From positions 96,001-160,000 of the forward strand of contig OZ245003.1 of the NCBI GenBank assembly GCA_965223425.1: DNA of 64,000 bases, in the 5' to 3' direction. Position numbers and translations under genes: made by a program. The DNA is from Nitrosopumilus sp. (GTDB taxonomy: Archaea; Thermoproteota; Nitrososphaeria; Nitrososphaerales; Nitrosopumilaceae). Positions 1 through 9,112 of this stretch are shown here, piece after piece. The notes beneath the pieces were generated by a model. The model worked only from the letters and a program-made list of their open reading frames with translations, did no database searches and was not told the DNA's origin. Position 1 is the stretch's first letter; each line of letters starts with the position of its first letter.

Positions 1-143
1 TCTCGTATTGATTGTATCAAGTTATTTCCTGCTTCTTCCTCTGTTGTTCCAAATGCTGTTACTTTGTCATTCGTACTACATCGTGAAACATAGCCTTCTT
101 CAACTTTATCTAATGTATAGGTAACAATCAACTTATCCTTCAT
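1..143 (-). CDS. HicB-like antitoxin, 5' part (runs off the window)
   Basis: Manual translation MKDKLIVTYTLDKVEEGYVSRCSTNDKVTAFGTTEEEAGNNLIQSIR; the GY...AFGxTxEEA pattern is typical of the HicB N-domain. Confidence 0.65.
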   Translation of the reverse strand, partial: MKDKLIVTYTLDKVEEGYVSRCSTNDKVTAFGTTEEEAGNNLIQSIR

Positions 144-209
144 GTTTAAATTTACTATTAGGGGTAATTATTAATCTTTACTAAGAAATTCAGATCTAAA
201 AGTGAAATC

Positions 210-482
210 CTATTGAGTAACAATGATCTCTTTACCACGGATAATAGTAACAGTTCGGATTTATGAAGCGTTGTGCCTGAATTGATCGTAAAATCCGTAA
301 TTCTGACGTATTTTACACACCCGACTCCACAAATCCGAACTGTTACGAATAATAAATTTTAATTTTTTAGGGTTACGTAGTTTTTCTACTATTGGTTTTG
401 GGACTATACAGATTGCGCCTCTTGACTCACCAAGATTCAAACTTACTGTAAATTCTACCTCATCTTTTTTCTATCTTGTCAA
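210..482 (-). pseudogene. Small AbrB-like protein, interrupted by a MITE and an early stop
   Basis: Removing 247-346 plus one TSD copy gives (L)TR*KKDEVEFTVSLNLGESRGAICIVPKPIVEKLRNPKKLKFIIRGKEIIVTQ*. Confidence 0.55.
247..346. mobile_element. 100-bp MITE
   Basis: 22-bp TIRs GTAACAGTTCGGATTTATGAAG / GTAACAGTTCGGATTTGTGGAG; flanks GGATAATA / GAATAATA (8-bp TSD, 1 mismatch). Confidence 0.85.
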
Positions 483-530
483 TTCCTTCAGTGTTTTTGA
501 TATCTATATTAACCTTAAGGATAATAGATG

Positions 531-1983
531 GTAAGAGGCTAGGTCTCTAGTACAGTCTCAGTATCTCTTCTTGAATGCTGGTGCCCCTTTTCTGCCATGT
601 CAGCAAGCAGCTCACAAGTATGCCAAATACCTTCATGCCTGCTTCGGTGACAAGACGCTGTCTAATCTTGCGCGATATGACGACCCGGCGAAGCATCCTT
701 TCTGATTCGTTGTTTGTGGGATCCATTCCGGGATGCTTTAGAAACGTAAACAGGTTTGGTGTGGCCTTTTCCAGCTTGTCTCCGAACTTGCAGTCCGGAC
801 AGCCCTTGTACGAATCCGCAATTGCCGTGCAGGAGATCACAAACGAGTCATAATGCGTGTGCGCGTCAGGCCGCAGCGCAACCTGCTTTGCATCGTGGTA
901 TAGCAAACGCAGTTTCTCATACAGCATGGTTTTTGGTTCATCATCACCATCACCATCATCCTGTTCAAATTCGGCATCACACAGTATGTGCGACCGGCAC
1001 CGTTGAATTGTTCTGAAACTGTTGTATGCCGCATAACCGTCGACTGTCACGGGAATATCCCAGTGAGGAAAGTGAAGATCCAGTACGGCAGCGGCCCTGC
1101 TTCTGTCCACATGAATCAGTACCGCATCATCACCGATGCATACCCAGACATATCCCAGTTTGTCGTATATTGTATATGACGTCTCATCAAGTTTCAGGTA
1201 TTTTGATCTGCCAATATTTTCTTTCCATGACTCTACCTCTGACTCCAACGCTCCTCCTAATGCAAACAGCGCGTTTTGTATTGTTTTTTTGCAGATTGAC
1301 GTGTCATACAGGCTTGCTGCCTCCCTGATTGAGTTCAGGCTGCAGCCTTGTTTATACATCGACATGATTATTGTCATGAGGTTCTTGCCAATCGATGTTC
1401 CGTCTATTCCGACCCGGGGCGTTGTGACATGTCCGCACCTGCAGGTGCAGTGCTGTATGACGTTGTTTGTAGATACGGTCCTTGGAATCTCCGGAATGTC
1501 GACTGTCATCTTTGTCGTGGTCTTTGTAACTGTAATGCCTTTGCTGCCGCACTTTGCGCATTTTTTTGGCCTGTGCACCGTTGTGTGACAAGGCCTTCTC
1601 TTGTGGGATGCGCCGACGTGGCCTGCCCTTGCTCCGCCCTTGTTTGGAGGGGAGGAACCGCCTTTTGCACGGTCTGCCTTTTTTCGGCGCGTGGGAATGG
1701 AGTTTGCCGACGGCGGTGAGTGCGGATTCTCGTAGAACGCTACGCGCCTCTTTAGTTCCGCTATTGTCAAATCCTTCTCGGCTTCCCTTGCCTGTAATTT
1801 TTTTACATCGCCTGCCAACTGGCTGACAATCTTTCGCAAGCTGTCGTTTTCAGCAAATGATTTTGCCAGAGCATCCCGTAATATCTTGATCTCCGAGTCA
1901 CTCATTAGACAGAATCAGGGATCATCGAATTTGGATCAGTATGATCTAGAATGTTTGAGTTCGTGACTAACCTAGCCTCTTAC
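531..1983 (-). mobile_element. IS66-family (single-ORF, ISBst12-like) element, copy 1
   Basis: TIRs GTAAGAGGCTAGGT at 531-544 and 1970-1983; the GTAA terminus is typical of IS66. Flanks do not form a TSD. Confidence 0.85.
547..1905 (-). CDS. IS66-family transposase
   Basis: Coiled coil, NPHSPPS, CxxC zinc ribbon, LDET, DGYAAY, QRC, PTNNESERMLR motifs. Confidence 0.9.
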   Translation of the reverse strand: MSDSEIKILRDALAKSFAENDSLRKIVSQLAGDVKKLQAREAEKDLTIAELKRRVAFYENPHSPPSANSIPTRRKKADRAKGGSSPPNKGGARAGHVGASHKRRPCHTTVHRPKKCAKCGSKGITVTKTTTKMTVDIPEIPRTVSTNNVIQHCTCRCGHVTTPRVGIDGTSIGKNLMTIIMSMYKQGCSLNSIREAASLYDTSICKKTIQNALFALGGALESEVESWKENIGRSKYLKLDETSYTIYDKLGYVWVCIGDDAVLIHVDRSRAAAVLDLHFPHWDIPVTVDGYAAYNSFRTIQRCRSHILCDAEFEQDDGDGDDEPKTMLYEKLRLLYHDAKQVALRPDAHTHYDSFVISCTAIADSYKGCPDCKFGDKLEKATPNLFTFLKHPGMDPTNNESERMLRRVVISRKIRQRLVTEAGMKVFGILVSCLLTWQKRGTSIQEEILRLY

Positions 1984-2237
1984 CATGCAGCAACTCCCTG
2001 TCTGTGAGGCTGCTGATGTTTTACCTGCCGCTGCTGCTGTACAACCTGTGGAGGATTGCCAGGTTCTGCCTTGATGCGGGAAAGAGGCATGGAAGAGTGT
2101 CTTCTGCGGGAAAAAAACTCACCATGGCGCTGTTTATCGTGTACATTACAAGCAGAAACGAGTTGTTTGTCAATGATCGAGGCAAGTAGAACCGATGCCA
2201 GTTGCGGTTGCGGTAAATCTACATCTGGGAACTACTG
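1984..2237 (+). mobile_element. ISH3-family right-end remnant
   Basis: Near-identical to the 3' end of the element at 33761-35129, including the TIR; cut off at the IS66 end. Confidence 0.85.
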
Positions 2238-2315
2238 ATGTGGCTGAAATGTCGGTTATTATGAAAAATTATTCTGGTCAATTAGGGATATAAGGAACTT
2301 TTTGATGGAATCAAC

Positions 2316-2468
2316 ATGGCAAAATACGATGGTCTGTTAGGACAGCCAATACTTGAGGTGGAAGAACCTGATAAAGAAGGCGGAATTACCTTTATTTTCA
2401 AAGATAACAGGTTTATGTTCATAAAAGCAGTTGACGGAAAGATTGAGACCGTATCAATTCCAGAATAG
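2316..2468 (+). CDS. Small hypothetical protein (50 aa), paralog 1
   Basis: MAKYDGLLGQPILEVEEPDKEGGITFIFKDNRFMFIKAVDGKIETVSIPE; below the ORF-track cutoff. Confidence 0.7.
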   Translation: MAKYDGLLGQPILEVEEPDKEGGITFIFKDNRFMFIKAVDGKIETVSIPE

Positions 2469-2474
2469 GCGAAC

Positions 2475-2624
2475 ATGATGGAAAAATTCGATCCAATCAA
2501 AATGCTTGAACTTGTAAAGGTAGAAGATCCTGATTCTGAAGGCGGACTAACATTGCTCTTTCAAGAAAATAAAACTTTGAAGATCAAGGTTGTTGATGGA
2601 AAACTAGTGTCAGAATTAACCTAG
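2475..2624 (+). CDS. Small hypothetical protein (49 aa), paralog 2
   Basis: MMEKFDPIKMLELVKVEDPDSEGGLTLLFQENKTLKIKVVDGKLVSELT; aligns with the upstream ORF. Confidence 0.7.
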   Translation: MMEKFDPIKMLELVKVEDPDSEGGLTLLFQENKTLKIKVVDGKLVSELT

Positions 2625-2625
2625 A

Positions 2626-3120
2626 CTAATTCCTTACATGTTTTTCATAAAAGCCGATAGCTAACTCTTGTACTTTAGATTGAATAGAGCCAGGTCTTTC
2701 ATCTCTAATTTTTTTGATTGCTTCATCTGTTGAAAATTTTTTATATTTTACAAAGTAACAGGCAAGAATTGTTCCTGCTCTTCCCATTCCAGCAGCACAG
2801 TGAACCATCACGGACTGATCATTTTTGATTTGCTCATGAATGAAATCTACTGCTGAATCTATCTCATCCATGTCAGGAGCAGTAAGATCAGGGGTTGGCA
2901 CATGTAAATAATCAATATTTTTTGTCCAATTATCTGGGAGAGCATTTTCAGTCATAGTTACAATGGATTTTACTCCTTGATCAAGAATCCAATTAAATTC
3001 ATCAAAACTTGTTGGCATTCCAGAACCAGCTAGCTTTTTGTCAATTAGCCAAGAGAAGTTAGTTGGTTTTTTTGTTATTTTCCCATGGACTTTTCTCCAG
3101 ATATTTCCAGGTTTGCTCAT
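2626..3120 (-). CDS. Dual-specificity protein phosphatase
   Basis: VHCAAGMGRAG (CX5R) motif. Confidence 0.9.
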   Translation of the reverse strand: MSKPGNIWRKVHGKITKKPTNFSWLIDKKLAGSGMPTSFDEFNWILDQGVKSIVTMTENALPDNWTKNIDYLHVPTPDLTAPDMDEIDSAVDFIHEQIKNDQSVMVHCAAGMGRAGTILACYFVKYKKFSTDEAIKKIRDERPGSIQSKVQELAIGFYEKHVRN

Positions 3121-3174
3121 GTTAGATGTCAGTATTTTCTATAGTTTTAGCATTACGGAGTTGATATGGGTAAA

Positions 3175-3816
3175 TTATAATGCAATTGCTCTTACAGGAG
3201 AGCCTGTAGCATCTTTTAGCTTTAGTGGGAGAATTGTAAAACTAAGCTCTGTTGATGAAATTTTGTTCAGGTTTGCTAAATTTTCTACAATCAAAATATT
3301 ATTTTTTGATAAAATGTGATGGACGCTAAATGATTCATCTTTTCCGATATCAATACTTGGAGAGTCTATTCCAACTAGATTGATTTTTTTTAATGCAAGG
3401 TATTTAGCTGCAGAGACATTCAATCCGGGATTTTCTGTAAAATAATTATCTTTTTTCAAATTTTTTTGCCATCCAGTAAAGAAGAAAACGGAAGAACGGT
3501 TAGGAATTTTTCCATTCTTTTTTTCAAATAGAATAATGTCTGACTTGGTAATGGCTGTATTCTTAGTTTTTTTGAGTTTGATTATTGTGGCTTTTCTTAC
3601 GAGTCTATCAAGTGGAATTTGATCGATTTTAAGACCATTTTTAACAAAATGATAGGGCGCATCAAGATGAGTTCCAGTATGTGAACTCAAGAATAATAAT
3701 TCAAGATTATATCCATCTTTTTTGATATCAGACCACAGAATGAATTGGGGTTTTGGAGAGCCGGGGAAGGTTGGAATGGATTCGGACAGTGTAAGGGTTA
3801 GATCAATTGGTTTCAC
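3175..3816 (-). CDS. Cyclase / kynurenine formamidase family protein
   Basis: HTGTHLDAPYH, GIDSPSID and GSPVRAIA motifs. Confidence 0.9.
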   Translation of the reverse strand: MKPIDLTLTLSESIPTFPGSPKPQFILWSDIKKDGYNLELLFLSSHTGTHLDAPYHFVKNGLKIDQIPLDRLVRKATIIKLKKTKNTAITKSDIILFEKKNGKIPNRSSVFFFTGWQKNLKKDNYFTENPGLNVSAAKYLALKKINLVGIDSPSIDIGKDESFSVHHILSKNNILIVENLANLNKISSTELSFTILPLKLKDATGSPVRAIAL

Positions 3817-3853
3817 ATCAATAGATTATGGTGGTGATTAATCAGTTTTTGAA

Positions 3854-4147
3854 CAGTAGTTGGGATTGTACATTTTGGATAGTCCAAACTGATCACTTTA
3901 AGAACAAAACACGATCAATCAGATCCAAATACAAGGCATATTCACCCACCTTGGCTTGTACGGAAAAGATGGGCAAACACACCAACAGAAGGAAGATATC
4001 AAGGGGTTTAAAATCTTCCAGTCCGCACTGCAGCGCCTGAATCTTGCCTTTGGCACAAGACACAACAGACTGCTGTACTGCCTCAAGGATGCAGCGCACG
4101 TGATCTTGGTTTGCCCGGTATCAGCATGCCGTCTGGCAGCTGGTTGC
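3854..4147 (+). mobile_element. Degenerate left end of a second ISH3-family element
   Basis: Starts CAGTAGTT like the ISH3 TIR; encodes GFKIFQSALQRLNLAFGTRHNRLLYCLKDAAHVI, similar to RFKILRSSFQKLGMPMSERHNAVYGCNDILDVL in the intact ISH3 transposase. Right limit approximate. Confidence 0.6.
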
Positions 4148-4364
4148 TCAGAAAACTGCGCCTCATAAACTCTAAATGAACACCTGTTTGAAAACGGTGA
4201 AAACATCCTAAGATTCAACAGTGTAATAACAGGTTCATTGGTTAGTTGACGGATGATTTCCAACTTTTCAAACAATTGTTTAGTTTCAGGCGATAAAACC
4301 AGTTTGAAAATTTGGTGTAAAGTTTAGAGTGATCCTTGTATGTCCAACTGTAAGAGACTAGACA

Positions 4365-4655
4365 TTGGCTGGAGCAATAATTTGTTGGTGTGGACATCAT
4401 GCCAAATACCACAGCACACAAATTCCAAATAGATGTTCCAAGCGCGATAAATGCCAGTATTTCAATCCCATATCACGAAGTTTAAAGTCAAGGAAAAAAT
4501 ACAACGGTATAATGAAGGCAAGATTCAACGGAACATGCAAGGTATGCAATTTGGAGATAAAGGCAACAAAACAGAGATTACAAAAGACGACAACGGCAAC
4601 TGGATTCATGCAAGCTGTTCTGATACCAAAGATGAGATTCCATAGCATAAAATGA
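4365..4655 (+). pseudogene. Virus-like Cys/His-rich small protein, probably frameshifted
   Basis: CWCGHH, MKARFNGTCKVC; continues in another frame as EITKDDNGNWIHASC. Confidence 0.4.
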
Positions 4656-4873
4656 GAGAATACCTCAACTCCAGGGAGAGATGCATGGTTTGTTTCAAAC
4701 CTCCCGAAAAAGACTATGAGTTAATAGTTCATCACGTGAGTTATTTTCCAGAGATATGTTGCTTTGTTCATTATTTGTGTCACAAAAAAATTCACGATAT
4801 TGACAACCCAATACGTGCCTTGATTCAATACAAGGATGGTGATTCCAGAGAATTTTATAAAAAAAATCCTTGA
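4652..4873 (+). CDS. Small HNH-like protein
   Basis: CMVC...LIVHHVSY...VHYLCHKKIH resembles the HNH signature. Confidence 0.55.
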   Translation: MREYLNSRERCMVCFKPPEKDYELIVHHVSYFPEICCFVHYLCHKKIHDIDNPIRALIQYKDGDSREFYKKNP

Positions 4874-4975
4874 ATTACATTATGGAAAAAATAATCTTAT
4901 TACTACAGACCAGGTTAGATTTTGAATTTGAGTCACTCTTATCATCATCTAATTTCCTTGATCGGGGCACATAAG

Positions 4976-5074
4976 AGACCTTATGCGCAATCGACTAAAA
5001 ATTCAAAATCAAATTGGTTTGCTAAGGCAAGAATCATCTAGCAATATTAGTTTGATCGATTACGCATAAGGTCT
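4976..5074. mobile_element. 99-bp MITE (IS5/ISL2-type ends), copy 1
   Basis: TIR AGACCTTATGCG(C/T)AATCGA; 3-bp TSD AAG; near-identical copy at 11916-12014. Confidence 0.9.
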
Positions 5075-5199
5075 AAGATTACTTTTCAAGACTTCAAGAG
5101 ATTAGCTTGGGCCAACAGCTATCTTTACCATTAGACAACCAGCCAAGCCCTGAGGTTTCAAAATATTGTTTGTCTCTCTCCAAGTGTTCTTTTGAATCC

Positions 5200-5460
5200 A
5201 ACCAGTAGGAGTTACCTTGACAAAACCGAAATTAGAAATAATAAAAGCCTTAGGAATGAGCAAACAAACATTCTACAGGTGTTTTGAAGATCTAGGAAAA
5301 TACGAATTAGTAACACCAAATAGGAAAAGCAAAGCTCTACAAAATTAATCAAGAAAATCCAATGGTAGAAATGATTATTGATTTTGGAAAAAACATGTCA
5401 GAGATGCAGATTGCAGAACGTGAAGCAGTGGAGATGGCAAAAGTAGTTCCTGCAAAATAG
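5200..5460 (+). pseudogene. Frameshifted winged-helix protein remnant
   Basis: Fragments LGMSKQTFYRCFEDLGKYELVTP and QENPMVEMIIDF...VVPAK* lie in different frames; 5' limit approximate. Confidence 0.45.
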
Positions 5461-5779
5461 ATCTATTAATCGAATTTTTATTCATAACAAAAAAGCTGAC
5501 AGGCGAGGATCACTTGCTCTCATCAAAGTGTCAGCTATTAGTCAACGGAACCGGTGAGTTAACGGGAGCTGATTTCTCGTAGAAAGCGTTGTGAGATGGG
5601 CTTGTAAAGTTGCCGATCAAAGTTTGGTTTAGAATTGTTGGTTTTTAATGTCTCAAAGTTTGAGTTTTGAGTAAAACCGGGTCTCGGCTCTTAACAGTGA
5701 GAAAAGTTCATCGTAGGTCTGGATTGCTTAACAGAACCGAACTATGAAAGGTTAAATACTCTTTGATGAAAAATTTCGT

Positions 5780-6037
5780 GTGCCAACTGCATACGTTTTA
5801 CTGAATTCTGATTTAGGATCAGATGAATCAATCATTAATGAGGTAAAACAGATTCTTGCTGATGAAGATGTTACATCTGAGGTTCGAGGGGTTTACGGGG
5901 TATATGATATTGTCTTAAAATTATCTTCTAATGATGCAGAAAAATTACGGGCAATTATTACCAACAAAATTAGAAAAATCAGCAAGGTTCAATCTACATT
6001 GACTATGATGGTAATCGAGGAACAAGAAAACCTATAA
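5780..6037 (+). CDS. Lrp/AsnC ligand-binding-domain protein
   Basis: AYVLLN...VYGVYDIVLKL...IRKISKVQSTLTM. Confidence 0.9.
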   Translation: MPTAYVLLNSDLGSDESIINEVKQILADEDVTSEVRGVYGVYDIVLKLSSNDAEKLRAIITNKIRKISKVQSTLTMMVIEEQENL

Positions 6038-7183
6038 TTTTTTTAACGCATTAATTACTTGAAGTATTTCTGATTCTGTATTAAAAAAGTGGGGGGACGC
6101 TCGTATAATTTTTTGCTCCATAATTTCTCTTACTGCTAGAACAATACCCTGTTTTTCAAGTTTATCCACTGTTTCTTGCGAATCAGACCCTTTGATGTTA
6201 AAAGAGACAATGCTTGTTCTGTCATTTGGATTCTCTGGTCCGTATAATATGACATTTGGAATTTTTGATAATTCATCTCGGAAAAGATTTGATAAATATT
6301 GGTTTTTCTTATGAATGTTTTTCATACCAAACTTTTGCAAGTACTGCATGGATGATGCCAATCCAACAATTCCGACATAGTTTCTAAAGCCGGTTTGGAA
6401 TTTATCAGGCAGTTCCTTGAAAGCAAGATTCGTATCATCATAAAGAATTGCAGATTCGCCGCCAATTGTAATTGGATCTAATAATTCACTTGACTTTCCA
6501 TCACAATAAAATAAACCAGTTCCCATTGGACCGCAAAGCCATTTGGAGCCATTAAATGACATGAAATTACATTTAATCTTGGAGACATCAATGTCACCTA
6601 TACAGCCTACAGTTTGTGCGCTATCAATAAAGAATGGTACTCTGTCTTGAAGAATACTTCCAATTTTTTCTACGGGCAGTATTGAACCTGTATTGTATAG
6701 TGCATGGCTTAGTGATACTAGTTTGGTATTAGCATCAATGTGGGATTCTAGATCATCTAATTTGAAAAAACCATTTTTATCTATGGGTAAATTTTTTATT
6801 GAAATTTTTTCTTTCAGTTTAATCCAAGGATAGAAATTTGAATGGTGTTCATGTGCCATTCCACGGATTATTATGTTGGAATTGGCATCAAACGAGAGGC
6901 CATTTGCTACAATATTGATCCCATCAGTTGTGCTTTGAGTTAGGATAACTTCATCAGGTTGACAGGAGATAGTTTCTGAAACAATTTTTCTTGCGTTTCG
7001 TAGCTTTTCAGTTACAAACGAATCAGAATCCTTAGAATCAGGACCGATAGAATTGTACGAAATCAGAAATTCTTTCATGGCTTCAATACTTTGAGAAGGC
7101 ATCAGAGATACTGACGCACTGTTTAGGTAGATTTTATCTGAACCAGGAAAATCATCTGAGATATCTTTGGATGCTAAATTCAT
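6032..7183 (-). CDS. Class V aminotransferase / cysteine desulfurase-like
   Basis: YLNSAS, EHHSN, DSAQ, GSKWLCGP (PLP Lys), IRASPHFFN. Confidence 0.9.
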   Translation of the reverse strand: MNLASKDISDDFPGSDKIYLNSASVSLMPSQSIEAMKEFLISYNSIGPDSKDSDSFVTEKLRNARKIVSETISCQPDEVILTQSTTDGINIVANGLSFDANSNIIIRGMAHEHHSNFYPWIKLKEKISIKNLPIDKNGFFKLDDLESHIDANTKLVSLSHALYNTGSILPVEKIGSILQDRVPFFIDSAQTVGCIGDIDVSKIKCNFMSFNGSKWLCGPMGTGLFYCDGKSSELLDPITIGGESAILYDDTNLAFKELPDKFQTGFRNYVGIVGLASSMQYLQKFGMKNIHKKNQYLSNLFRDELSKIPNVILYGPENPNDRTSIVSFNIKGSDSQETVDKLEKQGIVLAVREIMEQKIIRASPHFFNTESEILQVINALKKL

Positions 7184-7206
7184 TATTATATCTGTAAAAT
7201 GCTAAA

Positions 7207-7830
7207 ATGGTGTTGGATAAAAGTCCTGAGCAGGTTTTAGATAATGGTTTAACACAAATTCAAAATGAATTTAGAGAAAATATGCCAAGCATGATACTAT
7301 GTTTGGAACCTTTCAATAAAACAGATTTTCTTAACAGGCTGATCAATTCTGTTGAGGATCCCATCATCTTTGTAGATATGGATTTGCTATACACTGGATA
7401 TGTTAAATCTGGAATGATTCAGGAAAAGAAAAATGTAACAATTTTTCATCCTGATAAGACAAGTTGGAAAGAAAAACTAGCTAAAGTCATAAGTAAGGTA
7501 TCAGACGAAAAATTCTTGGTTATAATTGACTCATTTAACGGGGTTTACAATATGTTTGATGATCTCGAGTCTGCCAGATTCATCAATTCATGCATCATGC
7601 TGCTTTCATCTATTGGAAGACAAACAGATTCATCCGTTGTTATAGCTGCAATGGTTAGAAAAAAAGAAGACGGAGAAATGGTCATATCACCAGGAGGAAA
7701 ACAAATCATAAGCTCAGAAAAAACTGGCATTTTTTTTCTGAAAAAAATTGGTGATGACTTGTTGTTAAGTACGTTAGAAGGCACAGATGTCAGTTCAAAA
7801 ACATTCAGGATAGAACAAGAAAATGATTAA
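7207..7830 (+). CDS. Conserved hypothetical protein (degenerate RecA-like fold)
   Basis: 207-aa ORF with IIFVD and LVIIDS strands; the true start may be downstream. Confidence 0.7.
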   Translation: MVLDKSPEQVLDNGLTQIQNEFRENMPSMILCLEPFNKTDFLNRLINSVEDPIIFVDMDLLYTGYVKSGMIQEKKNVTIFHPDKTSWKEKLAKVISKVSDEKFLVIIDSFNGVYNMFDDLESARFINSCIMLLSSIGRQTDSSVVIAAMVRKKEDGEMVISPGGKQIISSEKTGIFFLKKIGDDLLLSTLEGTDVSSKTFRIEQEND

Positions 7831-7855
7831 TTCGGTTTGGATGCGATCAGAATTT

Positions 7856-7891
7856 AGAAACGCCGTTATAAAATCAGAAACGCCGTTATAA
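7856..7891 (+). promoter_or_regulatory. 16-bp direct repeat upstream of the ferredoxin gene
   Basis: AGAAACGCCGTTATAA at 7856-7871 and 7876-7891. Confidence 0.45.
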
Positions 7892-7944
7892 CTCGAGAAT
7901 TTTAGGTAAATTATATTAAGACCAAATTAAGAATGAATTTTGTT

Positions 7945-8244
7945 ATGCCAGTAGGAATTATTCCAGACATCAGCGAACAAATGTGTATCGGATGTGCACT
8001 ATGTGTAGAAATCTGTACCACGTTGGGACCAGATGTACTCAGAGTAAAACCAGTTGAAGGCTGGAAGAGAGGTAAAGCATTTGTATTTTATCCAGAAAGA
8101 TGTATTTCTGATGGTGCATGCATCGGTGTATGCCCAACTAAAGCAATCTTTTGGATGAGACCAATGGACTTTACTGTTGGACAACCAGTTCCACTCTACA
8201 AGAACTCAGTCTTCGTTAAAGGTTGGACCGAATTAATCGATTAG
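7945..8244 (+). CDS. 4Fe-4S dicluster ferredoxin
   Basis: CIGCALCVEIC and CISDGACIGVCP; start placed at MPVG. Confidence 0.92.
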   Translation: MPVGIIPDISEQMCIGCALCVEICTTLGPDVLRVKPVEGWKRGKAFVFYPERCISDGACIGVCPTKAIFWMRPMDFTVGQPVPLYKNSVFVKGWTELID

Positions 8245-8585
8245 ATTAGTTCAATCATTTTTTAATTTCTTTTTATTATTTTAGATTTTAACGGCATCTG
8301 GTTTGCTTTGTGAAATATTTGGCTTTTTCGGCTAGCTAGACATCATCATTCCTTGACACATTTGTAGATTACACTAGACGTATGGATCAGTTAGACTGAT
8401 GCCAAAAGGCATCCGTGAACAAAAAATACGGCCGCATGATCTATCCCGGTGCACAGAAGACTTTATGCACAATTGAATCGTTAAAATTTTTCCGAAAGAT
8501 TTAGATCCATTTTGATCGCCGCAACAGGTAATGGAATCTTCAGAACAGACTATACGCAGGCTGCAAAGGGAGCTCAAGCAAAAGG

Positions 8586-8664
8586 ACAGAGCAATCAAGC
8601 AGAACAACAGAGCAATCAAGCAGAACAACAGAGCAATCAAGCAGAACAACAGAGCAATCAAGCA
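8586..8664 (+). repeat. 21-bp tandem repeat (KQNNRAI heptad) in the transposase N-terminus
   Basis: ACAGAGCAATCAAGCAGAACA x about 3.7. Confidence 0.85.
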
Positions 8665-9004
8665 AAAGGACGCAGCAATCAGCAGGCGCGAGAAGACAAT
8701 TGGCCTGCTGCGCGAGCAGCTGCTGCGCGAGGACAGCCTGTGGGCCGTTACAGATGCAGGCCGCTCTGATACGGACACGTCGCTGCTACTGCACAGCAGG
8801 GAGGTGATCCACGGCATACTGCACAACAGCGCAAAGCTTGCAGGGATTACCGTATGACCTTGACCAGTTTGACTACACCTGCAATGACTTTGTGGTAGAG
8901 TCAAAGAGGCACAACAAAGACGCGCCGCTCTTTTCAGAGGACGAAACACCGGATCCCGGAAACCGCTGCCTGCTTGACCGCAGGTCCGTCCTGCTGCTTG
9001 CGCT

Positions 9005-9112
9005 GTTCCGCAAGCGCTCAAACGTGACGCAGGATGCACTCTAAAGTTAAAGAGCAAGCCCCTAATCAGCCTACAAGTTCCGCAAGCGCTCAAACGTGAC
9101 GCAGGATGCACT
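9005..9112. repeat. 36-bp direct repeat pair around a 36-bp unrelated insert (CRISPR-like unit)
   Basis: GTTCCGCAAGCGCTCAAACGTGACGCAGGATGCACT at 9005-9040 and 9077-9112; insert at 9041-9076. Confidence 0.85.

Noticed and set aside
528-1986. Extending the IS66 TIR by ATG/CAT
   Set aside because: Copy 2 ends TTAC-GATT, and the CAT belongs to the ISH3 remnant, so the match is coincidental.
8290-8457. Possible left end of a further IS before the IS5 element
   Set aside because: It is GC-richer than the host, but no partner TIR or recognisable protein motif was found.
8374-9111. 245-aa minus-strand ORF and the many other antisense ORFs in IS regions
   Set aside because: These are shadow frames of GC-rich transposase genes and repeats.
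9005-9112. A functional CRISPR-Cas locus
   Set aside because: There are only two repeats, with no leader or cas genes in the window, and the repeat is transposase coding sequence. It is reported as an integration scar instead.
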